The notes: generated by a model not told the origin, from the letters alone. Counted from the stretch's first letter, positions 45,632 to 56,103 are shown. The stretch: 64,000 nucleotides of DNA from an uncultured delta proteobacterium (GCA_963816395.1 CAWFKQ010000016.1:608001-672000); one strand, 5' to 3'. Numbers and translations: made by a program.

Positions 45632-46642
45632 GTGGAATCTGAACAACGGTATCGTCTGCTGCAGCGGGCACGCATCAATACCTTTTTTCGGCGCGGCTTT
45701 CTTGTCCTGCTCAGCGGCATCCTGCTCTTCTACGGGACGGCGCTGATCTATGCCACCAAGATCATCTACAAGGTGCGGCAGAATTATGCCGTGGTGCTGG
45801 AAGACCTCTCGGGCAACCGGCGGGTGGTGAAGGATATCGGCTGGCATATCCGACTGCCGTTCTTTACCCGGATCGAGCAGGAAGTGCCGCTGATGAACCA
45901 GGAGATGTTCCTGGGGGGGAAACCGGAAGCGCAGCGGATCATGTCCAATGGAAATGTCGCCCTGTGGACCAGTGCCATGCTCACCTATCGCATCGGTGAC
46001 CTGTACCGCTGGGGGATCGAGAACCAGACTCCGCAGATCCTGCTGCAGAACGATTTCGACGGCATCGTCAAGGACGTCATGCAGGGGCGGACGGTAGACG
46101 ATCTGATTTCCAAGCGGGAGGCGATCAAGGACGAGATCTTCCAGGACCTCAAGCGGCGCCCGATCAACGAGGGCGGCCCCACCCTGGAGCAGAAGTACGG
46201 TATCGAAGTGGTCTCCTTCGTCCTGCGCGATACCCGCTTCGGCGAGAAGCTGGCGGAGGCGAGTGAGGAGAAGAAGCGGCGCGAGCTGATCGCCGAGGCG
46301 GAGAATTATGCCGCCGACCTGGAGGCGAGCCGCACCCGCAAGCTGTATGCCGCCTACAGTGAAGCGATCCGCGATTTCCGCCGCTCACTGGCGCAGGGGC
46401 CGGCGAGCGACCGGGCTCTGTTCGATTTCCTCAACCAGCAGAAATGGGCGACCGCCTACGAGAAGAACCAGTCCGGGCAGAATACTTTCGTATTGAACAA
46501 CACCAACACTGCTCCATCCGTCGTTCTTCCTCCCCTAGCGGAGGGCGGCAGAAAGGAAGCTTCCCCAGCCAATGTCCAGGCCCCGGAAAACCCGAAGCCC
46601 AATTTACGTCCGCCTGTCGGAGAAACGCATAAGGCAGATTGA
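45632..46642 (+). CDS. SPFH/band-7 domain membrane protein; C-terminal end uncertain
   Basis: GTG after GGAGG; one N-terminal TM helix; GWHIRLPF, DDLISKRE, YGIEV, coiled-coil AEAE segment. Confidence 0.75.
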   Translation: MESEQRYRLLQRARINTFFRRGFLVLLSGILLFYGTALIYATKIIYKVRQNYAVVLEDLSGNRRVVKDIGWHIRLPFFTRIEQEVPLMNQEMFLGGKPEAQRIMSNGNVALWTSAMLTYRIGDLYRWGIENQTPQILLQNDFDGIVKDVMQGRTVDDLISKREAIKDEIFQDLKRRPINEGGPTLEQKYGIEVVSFVLRDTRFGEKLAEASEEKKRRELIAEAENYAADLEASRTRKLYAAYSEAIRDFRRSLAQGPASDRALFDFLNQQKWATAYEKNQSGQNTFVLNNTNTAPSVVLPPLAEGGRKEASPANVQAPENPKPNLRPPVGETHKAD

Positions 46643-49600
46643 AAATCTGGCAGCCGGCTGGAGCTTCGAAACGCGGCTGTTCGTTCTGCGCCGGTTGCGG
46701 CAGTACGATCCGCACCGTTCTCTGTTCGACTTTCTCACCGGCTGGCTGCGCGGGCTGTTCAAAACCGACGACCGAAGCTTCCAGTTCCTGCGCAACCCCG
46801 AACTGCTCAGCGACTGGCGCCGGCGCATCGAGGTTTCCGGCTCGCGCAATGCCGCGGCGACCTGGAACCGGATTCTCGGCCGTGAACTCAACTGGCACGA
46901 TTACCACTACCTGCGCTTTCTCCTTGAAGAGCAGACCTCGGACGTCTATGTCCCGCCGGGTTTCCTGGAGATCTTCCGCAAACTCTACCATGCCCATATC
47001 CTGAAGGAGTACACCGAGGATCCGGCGGTACCCCGGGCGCCGCTGGTGCTGGTGATCGGCAGCAGCGGCAGCGGCAAGAGCGCCACCGTCAAGCAGGCCC
47101 TGGAGGGGGCGGTGTTCGCCGCCGAAGTGCGGCCGGTCATCGACCTGCAGGCGAAGAAGAAGGAAATCCTGGCCCAGGAGCCTTTCTGGCGCAGCCTGGA
47201 GGAAGTCGACCCGGAACTGGCCCTGCGTATCGAGCGCCGGCGCAAGGCGGAGCGGCTGCGCTTCATCTCCCGCCTGCCGATCATCAAGTTCATTTTCCGC
47301 GAGCGGGTGGCGCACGCCCTCTCCACCCTGGAGGATGAGGGGGTGGTGGTGGATTACGCGATGATCACGCCGAACGACTACCAGACGGCCTGGGCGGGAG
47401 AGCCGGGCAACTTCCTGCGCAAGGCGATGGGGGAGCCGCGCCGCACCTGTATCCGCCATCTGGAGGAGGCGCATTCCGCCTTCGGCCGGCCCGACCAGAT
47501 GAGCAGCGTCAAGGGGCAGCAGAATACCCTGGTCGATGCCGCCAACATCATCCTCGACGAGATCGCCTACGGTCGCCGCGATTGTCTGCTGATCGCCACC
47601 ACCGATCAGCCCGAACAGTTCGACCCGGCCATTTACCGGCGTTTCGTCGAACGCGGGCTGATCATCGACATCAGCGAGCTGTGGGAGGAGCCGGCCAATC
47701 TGCGGGAAGTGGTGCGGATGGAATTGCGGCGCAAGAATCTGGCGACGCACACCGGCGGCAACGGGGAGTTGATGGATGCGGTGATCGATGCGGCGGTGAC
47801 GCGGCTCTACCCCATCTTCCGCGAGCGCAGCCTGCGCATCACGCCGGCCTATGTGCGCCGGCTGATCGATTCCCTGATCGCCATCAAGGGGGATTTCCGG
47901 GCCGAATACCTGGACGACCAGTTCCTGGTGCGCGACGCCCTCAAGTCGGTGGCCCGCAACGTCTACGGCTCTCTCTACAACAAGGTGGTGGGGCAGCTGG
48001 ACCGCGGCATCCGCTGGGAAGACTATATCGGCGGGATCAAGAACGAATTCTCCGAGATGGCCAACAACTCCCTCTTCTACAATATCAGCGAGGAGAAGGG
48101 GGTGGTGCTCGCCGGCCCCCCCGGCTCGGGCAAGACCTACATGGTGCGCGCCTGGCTGGGCGACAACCGGGAGGTGCAGGACCTGGCCGTCAACCTGGGC
48201 GATCTCGCCGATCCGGTGAACCCCCTCGAGGGGATGGTCGAGAACCTGGAGAAGGTCTACGACATCGCCAAGATGCTCTCCCCCAGCATGGTCTTTTTCG
48301 ATGAAGGGGACGCGGTGGCGCCGCGCCGTTCGGCCCAGGGAGGAAGCCCCTACGACAAGGTCACCAACAAATTTCTCTCCATCATCGATGGCGAGTCCCC
48401 TCTCTCGCGGGTCTTTACCGTTCTCACCACCAACCGGCTGGACATCCTCGATCCGGCCCTGATCCGCTCCAAGCGCCTGAAAGTCTTGAACGTCATGGGC
48501 AATATGCGGGATGAGGACGCGCTGCGCATCATGCGCAAGGAACTCGCCGGCATTCCTCTCGCCGATGATCTTACCTATGAGGAAATGACGCGCATGGCCC
48601 GCAGCCTGTGTGAGACTCCGGCCGATTTCACCGCCTTCGCCGAGAAGGTGCGCAGCCTGCGCTCCACCGAGGTGGAGGTGCTGGGCAAGCTGATGGAGGC
48701 GGTGCAGGGGACGGCGGAAGAGAGGGCCCGCTTCATCCGTTTCAACTACAAGATCCTGATTGGTCTGCTGGAGGGGATGGCCGGCGATCCGGCATTGGCG
48801 ATGCGGGCCAGGCTCGGCGAGGAGGCGCTCCTGTCCTGTCTCGACCAGGCCGCGGAACGGCTGCACAAAGTGCAGATCGATGGGAACTTTCCGCTGACCC
48901 GCTGGCACCTGCAGAGCGCTCGCCAGCAAATGGCCGGCAGCCCCACCCGCAAAGGAAAACAGCAGCTCGACCAGTTCCTGGAGACCGAGCTTTCCCGCGA
49001 GCCGCAGGTCGGCTTCGTGGTCGGGGTCGGGGCGAACGAGACCACCGGCGTGCTGCTGCCCATCGCCTCCTCCCTGGTATACCGGGTTTTCCCGGAAAAG
49101 ATCATGGTTACGGGTGCCGTTTCGACCACAGCTCCCGGCGCCGCCGAGCTCGACATGGCGGTGCAGATGACCAACCAGAGCGCCCGCGAGGCCATGACCC
49201 TGACCGAGAACTACCTGCAGGCCATCTGCCCGAATTTCAACGTTTCCCGCATCCTCGGCGACTTCCTCGAAGGCTATTCCCTGCACCACCAGCTGCTTTC
49301 CGCCTCTTACAGCACCGGCGGCCCCTCGGCCGGCTTCGCCCTGGCCATCAACACCCTGTCGGTGCTGCTCTGGCTGCCGGTGTTCAACGACTTCGGCATC
49401 ACCGGCGCTCCCTGGACCAAGGGGGCGCAGCGGGGCGAGGTGGGGGCGTCGGTCATTATCGGCGGCCACCGGAAGAAGACGGAAAAAGTCCTGCAGTACC
49501 TGTCCCGTATGTACATGCCGGTGCAGAACTTCCTCGACCTGGAACCGGAACTGCTGCAGGCCTACCGCATGGATGGGCGGGATATCCGCGGTGTGCGCAG

Positions 49601-49895
49601 TTTTTCGGCTCTGGTCCCGGAGGTGTTCTTCTTCGGTGAAAGGCATGCGCGGCTGCTCGCCGATTTCCTGCGCAAAAGGCGGGAATTCGACCTGCTCAAG
49701 GAGCACGATGAGTTCTCTTTTGGTGAATTGGCGCGGCTGGAGGCTGAGCTGCGCGCCCAGGCGGAAGAGGAAATCCGCCGGCGGATGGAGGCGATGCGGG
49801 TGCAGGTGGAGAACGGATTGCGCGATTATGGCAGTCTGGAAGAGCTCTTCAGGGCTCAGCCGCAGCTGGCTGAGCGCAAGGAGGGCGTGGTCTGA
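46572..49895 (+). CDS. Tandem AAA+ ATPase with a C-terminal Lon (S16) protease domain
   Basis: Walker A GSSGSGKS and GPPGSGKT; Walker B HLEEAH and FFDEGD; TTNRLDILDPALIR; GGPSAG and IGGHRKK Ser-Lys dyad motifs. Confidence 0.85.
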   Translation: MSRPRKTRSPIYVRLSEKRIRQIENLAAGWSFETRLFVLRRLRQYDPHRSLFDFLTGWLRGLFKTDDRSFQFLRNPELLSDWRRRIEVSGSRNAAATWNRILGRELNWHDYHYLRFLLEEQTSDVYVPPGFLEIFRKLYHAHILKEYTEDPAVPRAPLVLVIGSSGSGKSATVKQALEGAVFAAEVRPVIDLQAKKKEILAQEPFWRSLEEVDPELALRIERRRKAERLRFISRLPIIKFIFRERVAHALSTLEDEGVVVDYAMITPNDYQTAWAGEPGNFLRKAMGEPRRTCIRHLEEAHSAFGRPDQMSSVKGQQNTLVDAANIILDEIAYGRRDCLLIATTDQPEQFDPAIYRRFVERGLIIDISELWEEPANLREVVRMELRRKNLATHTGGNGELMDAVIDAAVTRLYPIFRERSLRITPAYVRRLIDSLIAIKGDFRAEYLDDQFLVRDALKSVARNVYGSLYNKVVGQLDRGIRWEDYIGGIKNEFSEMANNSLFYNISEEKGVVLAGPPGSGKTYMVRAWLGDNREVQDLAVNLGDLADPVNPLEGMVENLEKVYDIAKMLSPSMVFFDEGDAVAPRRSAQGGSPYDKVTNKFLSIIDGESPLSRVFTVLTTNRLDILDPALIRSKRLKVLNVMGNMRDEDALRIMRKELAGIPLADDLTYEEMTRMARSLCETPADFTAFAEKVRSLRSTEVEVLGKLMEAVQGTAEERARFIRFNYKILIGLLEGMAGDPALAMRARLGEEALLSCLDQAAERLHKVQIDGNFPLTRWHLQSARQQMAGSPTRKGKQQLDQFLETELSREPQVGFVVGVGANETTGVLLPIASSLVYRVFPEKIMVTGAVSTTAPGAAELDMAVQMTNQSAREAMTLTENYLQAICPNFNVSRILGDFLEGYSLHHQLLSASYSTGGPSAGFALAINTLSVLLWLPVFNDFGITGAPWTKGAQRGEVGASVIIGGHRKKTEKVLQYLSRMYMPVQNFLDLEPELLQAYRMDGRDIRGVRSFSALVPEVFFFGERHARLLADFLRKRREFDLLKEHDEFSFGELARLEAELRAQAEEEIRRRMEAMRVQVENGLRDYGSLEELFRAQPQLAERKEGVV

Positions 49896-50001
49896 ACGGT
49901 CCGGACGCGGCTGGGTCGGCGCGGCTCTTTACTTGACAGCGTCGCCGGGATATGGCAAATCTTTCTCTCCCGAGTAAAAATTCCATGCAAGGAGCACGTC
50001 C

Positions 50002-50442
50002 ATGGCCATGGTCAAATGGGATCCTCTGCGCGAGTTGCAGAGCATGCAGGAGGAGATGAACCGGCTGTTCGAACTCAGTCGGTCGCGCCTGCGGGGTGGA
50101 CCGCTGGAAGAAGGGCTCTGGCAGCCGCCGGTGGATATCTATGAAGATGACCAGGAAATAGTAGTGAAGATGGAAGCCCCTGAAGTGAAACTGGAGGATA
50201 TCACCATCAACATCGAGGATGAGCGCCTGATCATCGAGGGGGTAAGGCCCCTGGAATTCCGGGGGGAGCAGCTTCACTACCACCGCCTGGAGCGCAGCTA
50301 TGGCCATTTCCGCCGTTTGTTCGCCCTGCCGGCACCTATCGACCAGGATCGCCTGACGGCAAGCTGCGAGCACGGCGTGTTGAAGGTGATTCTGCCGAAG
50401 AAGAATCCCGGCGGGGGACTGATTGAAGAGCGGAAAGAATGA
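50002..50442 (+). CDS. Hsp20/alpha-crystallin small heat-shock protein
   Basis: WDPLREL, PPVDIYE, ERSYGHFRR, GVLKVILPK. Confidence 0.95.
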   Translation: MAMVKWDPLRELQSMQEEMNRLFELSRSRLRGGPLEEGLWQPPVDIYEDDQEIVVKMEAPEVKLEDITINIEDERLIIEGVRPLEFRGEQLHYHRLERSYGHFRRLFALPAPIDQDRLTASCEHGVLKVILPKKNPGGGLIEERKE

Positions 50443-50470
50443 AGGCGGGGAAAAATCAGGATATTGATCG

Positions 50471-50501
50471 CCAAGGGGCGGCCGTTCGGCCGCCCCTTTG
50501 G
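50471..50501. terminator. Hairpin terminator between convergent hsp20 and mscS
   Basis: AAGGGGCGGCCG-TT-CGGCCGCCCCTT. Confidence 0.75.
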
Positions 50502-50502
50502 T

Positions 50503-51645
50503 TTAACCTTTGGCCTGCTGCACCTCCAGCAGTTCCGGTTCGCCGCCGGCCGCCAGCATGTCCCTCTCCTTCCCCCGCAGGTAGAGGCTGCGGCTAGGGA
50601 AGGCGATCTCCATTTCCAGTTCTTCCAGGATGTCCATAATCGCCGTGCAGACCTCCTCCCGCGCCTGCAGGTATTCTCCCCAGACCGTGGTGCGGGTGAA
50701 GCAGTAGACCAGGATGTCGAGCGACGAGGCGGCGAAATCGGTGAAGTGGACCAGCATGAATTCCTGGTCGATAGCCGAATGTGCCTGCAGCATCTCCCGG
50801 ATGCGCGCCGTCGCCCGGCGCAGCTGCTCGGGGGTGGATTCGTAGGTCACCCCGACGGTCAGCTTGATGCGCCGTTTCGGCATCCGGCTGTAGTTGTTCA
50901 CCGCCATGTTGGTGATGACGCTGTTCGGGACGCTGATCAGGGTCTGGGCAAAGGTGCGGATCTTGGTCGAACGGAAGCCGACCTCCTCCACCGTTCCCTC
51001 CAGATCGCCGGCCTTGATCCAGTCGCCGAGACAGAAGGGGCGGTCGAGGATGATCATCAGCGAACCGAAGACATTGGCCAGGGTGTCCTTGGCCGCCAGG
51101 GCGACCGCCAGCCCGCCGATGCCGAGAGAGGCGAGCAGGCCGGAAATCGAGTAGCCGAGGTTCTGGATCGCCATGAGCACGGCGATGAAGATGATGAAGG
51201 CGCGCAGGCTCTTGCGCACGAAAGGGGCGAGGTGGTCGTCCAGCGTCGATTCGGTGCGGTTCACCCAGCGGGAGAGCCAGGCATCGATCAGCGAGACCAG
51301 GTTGAACAGCGCCCAGGCGACGTCGAAGGTGACCAGCGCCTTGAACAGGGCGTTGGCGAAGCGCCGCAGGTCGAGCGGCTCGGTCGGCAGCCGCAGGGCC
51401 TGCGCCGCCAGATAGAGGCCGATGATGATGACCAGCAGTTCGGCCGGTTTGCGGATCCCCTCGAGGAAGAGATCGTCGTAGCGGCTGGCCGTCTTCCGGA
51501 CAAAGGGGAAGAACACGTGGGTAAAGAGGTGGCCCAGGATCTTGCGCAGCACCAGGGCCGCCAGCAGCAGCAGGAAGGCGGCGGCAAAACGCCCCAGACT
51601 GATGCCGAGGAAGGTTTCGTTGAGCAGATGGGCAATATTTTCCAT
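50503..51645 (-). CDS. mscS: Small-conductance mechanosensitive channel (MscS family)
   Basis: LASLGIGGLAVALAAKDTLAN, DRPF..GDWI, GFRSTKIRT, IAFPS. Confidence 0.92.
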   Translation of the reverse strand: MENIAHLLNETFLGISLGRFAAAFLLLLAALVLRKILGHLFTHVFFPFVRKTASRYDDLFLEGIRKPAELLVIIIGLYLAAQALRLPTEPLDLRRFANALFKALVTFDVAWALFNLVSLIDAWLSRWVNRTESTLDDHLAPFVRKSLRAFIIFIAVLMAIQNLGYSISGLLASLGIGGLAVALAAKDTLANVFGSLMIILDRPFCLGDWIKAGDLEGTVEEVGFRSTKIRTFAQTLISVPNSVITNMAVNNYSRMPKRRIKLTVGVTYESTPEQLRRATARIREMLQAHSAIDQEFMLVHFTDFAASSLDILVYCFTRTTVWGEYLQAREEVCTAIMDILEELEMEIAFPSRSLYLRGKERDMLAAGGEPELLEVQQAKG

Positions 51646-51721
51646 GGGGGAGCCTCCGGTAAACTGCCTTCTCTTACCAGATGCGACCGGCGAATGCAAG
51701 GGGCAGAACCAGTAAACTATC

Positions 51722-51789
51722 AACGCAAAGACGCAAAGGGGTGAGCCAAGGCGCAAAGAAAAATCCCGGAATTGAATCGCTTTTGCGTT
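51722..51789. repeat. Second copy of the CGCAAAG-rich intergenic element
   Basis: AACGCAAAGACGCAAAGG...CCAAGGCGCAAAGAAAA matches 30900-30940; ends in TTTGCGTT. Confidence 0.65.
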
Positions 51790-51898
51790 AGGAATGAAGG
51801 TTATGGGCAACCTCGTTCCGCTTGCAGCGAACTGGACGGGGGGGCGAGGTCTGGTAGAATTAATGCGATAACTCATGAGAAGAAGGAGAGATGCCGCC

Positions 51899-53836
51899 AT
51901 GGCCAAGAACCTGACCCAGAAAATCCTCGCTGCCCACCTGGTCTCCGGCCGCCTGGTGCCGGGGGAGGAGATCGCCGTCAAGATCGACCACACCCTGCTG
52001 CAGGACGCCACCGGCACCATGGCCATGCTGGAATTCGAGGCCCTCGGCCTCGACCGGGTCGAGGTCGGGCTGGCGGCGCAGTACGTCGACCATAACCTGC
52101 TGCAGACCGACAACAAGAACGCCGACGACCACGTCTACCTGCAGTCGGCCTGCGCCCGCTACGGCATACATTTCTCCCGGCCCGGCAACGGCGTCTCGCA
52201 CCAGGTGCACATGGAGCGCTTCGGCCGCCCGGGGCTGACCATGATCGGCGCCGACAGCCACACCCCGGGGGCGGCGGGGGTCTCCATGCTGGCCATCGGC
52301 GCCGGCGGGTTGGACGTGGCGCTCGCCATGGCCGGCCACCCCTACGCTTTCCCTTGCCCGAAGGTGCTCGGGGTGAAGCTGACCGGCGAGCTGCCGGAGT
52401 GGGTGAGCGCCAAGGACGTGATCCTGGAGATGCTGCGCCGCTATGACGTCAAGGGGTGCGTGGGGAAGATCGTCGAGTACTACGGGCCGGGGGTGAAGAC
52501 CCTCTCGGCCACCGACCGCGAGACGATCGGCAACATGGGCACCGAGCTGGGAGCGACCACCAGCATCTTCCCCTCTGACGAGCGCACCCGCGAATACCTG
52601 CAGGCGCAGGGGCGCGGCGACGCCTGGCGGGAGCTCTCGGCCGATGCGGGAGCCGAGTACGACGAGTACGACGAGATCGACCTCGCCAAGGTCGAGCCGC
52701 TGATCGCCTGCCCGACCTCCCCGGGGAACGTCAGGACGGTGCGCGAGGAGGCGGGGCTCAAGGTGGACCAGGTGATTGTCGGCTCGAGCGTCAACTCCTC
52801 CTTCCGCGACCTGATGGTGACGGCGAAGATCGCCGAGGGGCGCCATGCCCATCCGGCCACCTCCTTCCACATCAATCCCGGCAGCCGTCAGGTGCTGGAG
52901 AACGTCGCCGAAGCCGGCGGAGTGATGGCGCTGCTGCTGGCCGGCGCGCGCATCCACCAGTCGGGGTGTCTGGGATGCATCGGCATGGGGCAGGCGCCGG
53001 GGACGAATCAGGTGAGTTTGCGTACCTTCCCCCGCAACTTTCCCGGCCGCTCCGGCACCAAGGACGACCGGGTCTATCTCTGCTCGCCGGAGACGGCCGC
53101 GGCCGCCGCCCTCAAGGGGGTGATCACCGACCCGCGCGACCTGGGCAAGGAATTCCCCTATCCGAAGGTGCGCGACCCGGAGAAATATCTGGTCGACGAG
53201 GCCTCGATCATCTTCCCCTCGGAGGAGCTGCGCGGCACCGAGGTGGTGCGTGGACCGAACATCAAGAAGCTGCCCGACTTCGAGCCGCTTCCCGCCACTC
53301 TGGAAGGGGAGGTGGTGATCAAGGTCGGCGACAACATCTCCACCGACACCATCATGCCGGCCGGCAACAAGGTGCTGCCGCTGCGCTCCAACATCGAGGC
53401 GATCAGCGAGTTCGTTTACTATCAGATCGCCCCCGAGTTCTACCGGGAGTGCAAGGAGCGGGGAAATGTGGTGGTGATCGGCGGCGACAACTACGGCCAG
53501 GGCTCCAGCCGCGAGCACGCCGCCCTGGCGCCGCGCTACCTCGGCGTGCGGGCCAAGATCGTCAAGAGCTTCGCCCGCATCCACAAGGCCAACCTCTGCA
53601 ATTTCGGCATCCTGCCGCTGACCTTCAAGGACCCGGCGGACTACGACAAGTTCGACAAGGGGAAAAAGGTGGTCTTCCCCGACGTGCGCAAGCACCTGGA
53701 GGCTGGCGACAACGAGATCCCGGTGGAGGTCGACGGGCAGAAGATCGTCACCGTCCTGCAGGTCTCCGAGCGCCAGCGCCGGCACCTGATCGAAGGCGGG
53801 ACGCTCAATTTCGTCAAGCGGGAGCTGAAGAAGTAG
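51899..53836 (+). CDS. Aconitate hydratase (single-chain, ~645 aa)
   Basis: QDATG, DHN, GADSHT, CLGCIGMG, RNF.GR, NISTD, NYGQGSSREHAA. Confidence 0.93.
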   Translation: MAKNLTQKILAAHLVSGRLVPGEEIAVKIDHTLLQDATGTMAMLEFEALGLDRVEVGLAAQYVDHNLLQTDNKNADDHVYLQSACARYGIHFSRPGNGVSHQVHMERFGRPGLTMIGADSHTPGAAGVSMLAIGAGGLDVALAMAGHPYAFPCPKVLGVKLTGELPEWVSAKDVILEMLRRYDVKGCVGKIVEYYGPGVKTLSATDRETIGNMGTELGATTSIFPSDERTREYLQAQGRGDAWRELSADAGAEYDEYDEIDLAKVEPLIACPTSPGNVRTVREEAGLKVDQVIVGSSVNSSFRDLMVTAKIAEGRHAHPATSFHINPGSRQVLENVAEAGGVMALLLAGARIHQSGCLGCIGMGQAPGTNQVSLRTFPRNFPGRSGTKDDRVYLCSPETAAAAALKGVITDPRDLGKEFPYPKVRDPEKYLVDEASIIFPSEELRGTEVVRGPNIKKLPDFEPLPATLEGEVVIKVGDNISTDTIMPAGNKVLPLRSNIEAISEFVYYQIAPEFYRECKERGNVVVIGGDNYGQGSSREHAALAPRYLGVRAKIVKSFARIHKANLCNFGILPLTFKDPADYDKFDKGKKVVFPDVRKHLEAGDNEIPVEVDGQKIVTVLQVSERQRRHLIEGGTLNFVKRELKK

Positions 53837-53858
53837 GCAGGGAAAAAGCCAGGCGACC

Positions 53859-53889
53859 AAAGGCGGGTCCTCGGACCCGCCTTTTTCTT
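53859..53889 (+). terminator. Rho-independent terminator
   Basis: AAAGGCGGGTCC-TC-GGACCCGCCTTTTTCTT. Confidence 0.85.
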
Positions 53890-54104
53890 GTGCTTCTCCT
53901 GGCGATCTCTTCCGTTTCCGCTTCCCCGCCACCGGCCTCACCTTCTCTGTTCATCCGGTCCGCTTCCTGCCGGCCTGGCCGCAAGGGAAGATCATGTTTC
54001 TTCGCTAGAATTCGATTGAACCCCCGCCTGCCAATCGGCTAGAATTCCCTCGTGGCCGCTTTTGTTTTCCTTTCCTTTTCGTCTCCTGGTCCCACCGGAA
54101 TGCC

Positions 54105-54977
54105 TTGAGCCGGCCTATGATTGCGGAGGTTTTTCCCTTGAACAGGATCTGCATTGTCACGCCAAGTTATCTGATCAAGAAAAAGAGTGAGTTTACCGAG
54201 GGGCTCAAGCAACTGGCGAAGCTGGGTTTTCATGTGATAAACCCGGAATTCCCGAAGGTGCTCCCCTCACCGGGAGAGAAGGCGGAGCAACTGCATGCGG
54301 CGTTTGCCGATCCGGCTGTAGATATCATCCTGGCCTTGCGCGGGGGCTACAGCGCGATGAAATCACTGCCCTATATCGACTTCGGGCTGATTAAAAAACA
54401 TCCCAAAACCATAGCCGGCTTCAGCGACCTGAGCGCACTGCTCAATCCCATCCATGAGCGCACGGGGCTGGTAACCTTGCATGCCCCGATGGTGATTAAT
54501 CTGGGCGCGCCGACGGCATTCACCCTTAAATCGTTTATGAACGCCGTAAAAGGCTACCCGGAGAAAAATCTCCTCAGAGGGGTCCCCATAAAGGTCTATA
54601 ACCCCGGCACTGCCACCGGCATTCTCAAGGGCGGCAATCTCATTACGCTCACCGCTCTGATCAATACCGACTGGGAGATCGACACGGACAATTCGATAAT
54701 CTTTCTTGAAGATGTCGATGAGAAGCTGCACGGAGTTGATCGTTGCCTGACTCAGTGGATTCTTTCCGACAAATTCAAAAATATCAAGGCTCTCATCCTT
54801 GGCGATTTCCGCGGGGTTAAAAGCAACCGGGTTTACGATGTCTTAGCTTCTCAGATCGAGTTGAAATTTCCGGTGATTCATTGTCCCTGTATCGGTCACG
54901 TCAGGAATAAAATAACTCTGCCGGTAGGTGCAGAAGTAGCGTTGGATACCGCCAGCAAAAAACTCTTATTAATTTAA
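54105..54977 (+). CDS. LD-carboxypeptidase (peptidase S66); start uncertain
   Basis: RGGYS, GFSDLS, GGNL, FLEDVDE, GH motifs. Confidence 0.9.
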   Translation: MSRPMIAEVFPLNRICIVTPSYLIKKKSEFTEGLKQLAKLGFHVINPEFPKVLPSPGEKAEQLHAAFADPAVDIILALRGGYSAMKSLPYIDFGLIKKHPKTIAGFSDLSALLNPIHERTGLVTLHAPMVINLGAPTAFTLKSFMNAVKGYPEKNLLRGVPIKVYNPGTATGILKGGNLITLTALINTDWEIDTDNSIIFLEDVDEKLHGVDRCLTQWILSDKFKNIKALILGDFRGVKSNRVYDVLASQIELKFPVIHCPCIGHVRNKITLPVGAEVALDTASKKLLLI

Positions 54978-54994
54978 ATGGCTATAAGTGGGGA

Positions 54995-55576
54995 ATGATA
55001 ATGAATACCATCTGGCTCTTGCTACTCTCTGTCAGTATCGTTTTTGCGATATTCACCGGCAATCTGGAGGCCTTTACCAACTCGATTTTTGAAGGCGCCA
55101 AATCGGCGGTTGAGATTTCTCTCTTTCTGCTGGGGATCGTATCGGTCTGGATGGGGATAACCAGGATACTGGAAGACTCCGGGCTGATCTATCGGATCGC
55201 GCACCTGTTCAAGCCGATCATATCCCGCCTGTTCAAAAACATACCCGACGATCATCCTTCGATTTCGGCAATCACCCTCAATTTACTCGCCAACCTGTTC
55301 GGTCTGGGTAATGCCGCAACCCCTCTGGGGATCAAGGCCATGCAGGAACTCGATACCCTCAATCAGGACAAGGGCACCATCACAGCCGAAATGATGATTT
55401 TCATTGTAATAAATACTGCCAGCGTCCAGTTGATCCCATTTTCCGTCATCGGCATACTTGCCAGCTTCGGCGACCCAAATCCGGCCGCGGTTGTGCTTCC
55501 GGTACTGATTGCCACCGTCGTCTCTGCAATGGCAGCCTTGATGATCCTGTTTTCGTTCCGGAGGGTTTTAAAATGA
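54995..55576 (+). CDS. spmA: SpmA-like Gate-domain membrane protein
   Basis: WMG, NLLANLFGLGNAATPLGIKAM, INTASVQLIP. Confidence 0.9.
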   Translation: MIMNTIWLLLLSVSIVFAIFTGNLEAFTNSIFEGAKSAVEISLFLLGIVSVWMGITRILEDSGLIYRIAHLFKPIISRLFKNIPDDHPSISAITLNLLANLFGLGNAATPLGIKAMQELDTLNQDKGTITAEMMIFIVINTASVQLIPFSVIGILASFGDPNPAAVVLPVLIATVVSAMAALMILFSFRRVLK

Positions 55577-56103
55577 TCAAGTACGTCAACTACATCTCAC
55601 TGCTTATTATCCCGTTATTCATTCTGTTTGCGATCCTGTACGGGGCTTTCAAGAAGGTCAGAGTTTATGACTCCTTCGTCGCAGGGGCCAAAGAAGGGCC
55701 GGCCATTATCCTCAACATTTTTCCCTACCTGCTGACGATTTTCATCGCCATAAAAGGTTTTCAGGCTTCCGGCGCCTTTGATTACGTAAGAAATGCTTTT
55801 TACAGCGTATTTTCCTTTCTGGATATACCGATAGAAGTCATCTCGATGTCGATCATCAAGCCTCTCTCCGGCAGCGCTGCAACCGCCTATTTTGCCGACA
55901 TCGTCAAAACCACCGGCCCGGACTCGATGGCCACCAAAATGTCGGCGGTTATCATGGGAAGCGCCGAGACCACTTTTTATGTGCTGGCAGTTTACCTTGG
56001 CGCGGTGAGTATCAAAAAGACCCGTTATCTGGTGCCGGTATGTCTGATTGCCGATTTCATTGGAGTCATTGTCGCCGTTTACGTGGTGAGGTGGATTTTC
56101 TAG
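55573..56103 (+). CDS. spmB: SpmB-like membrane protein
   Basis: VYDSFVAGAKEG, KPLSGS, GPDS, GSAETTFYVLAVY. Confidence 0.9.
   Translation: MIKYVNYISLLIIPLFILFAILYGAFKKVRVYDSFVAGAKEGPAIILNIFPYLLTIFIAIKGFQASGAFDYVRNAFYSVFSFLDIPIEVISMSIIKPLSGSAATAYFADIVKTTGPDSMATKMSAVIMGSAETTFYVLAVYLGAVSIKKTRYLVPVCLIADFIGVIVAVYVVRWIF

Noticed and set aside
46431..49706. 1091-aa minus-strand ORF, and similar long ORFs at 15140-17044, 22514-24460, 51860-53941 and 59319-61517
   Set aside because: Antisense or alternate-frame shadows of well-supported genes in GC-rich DNA; no recognisable motifs.
54995..56103. spmAB as evidence of sporulation
   Set aside because: No other sporulation genes, and the window encodes outer-membrane barrels and sigma54 systems typical of a diderm.
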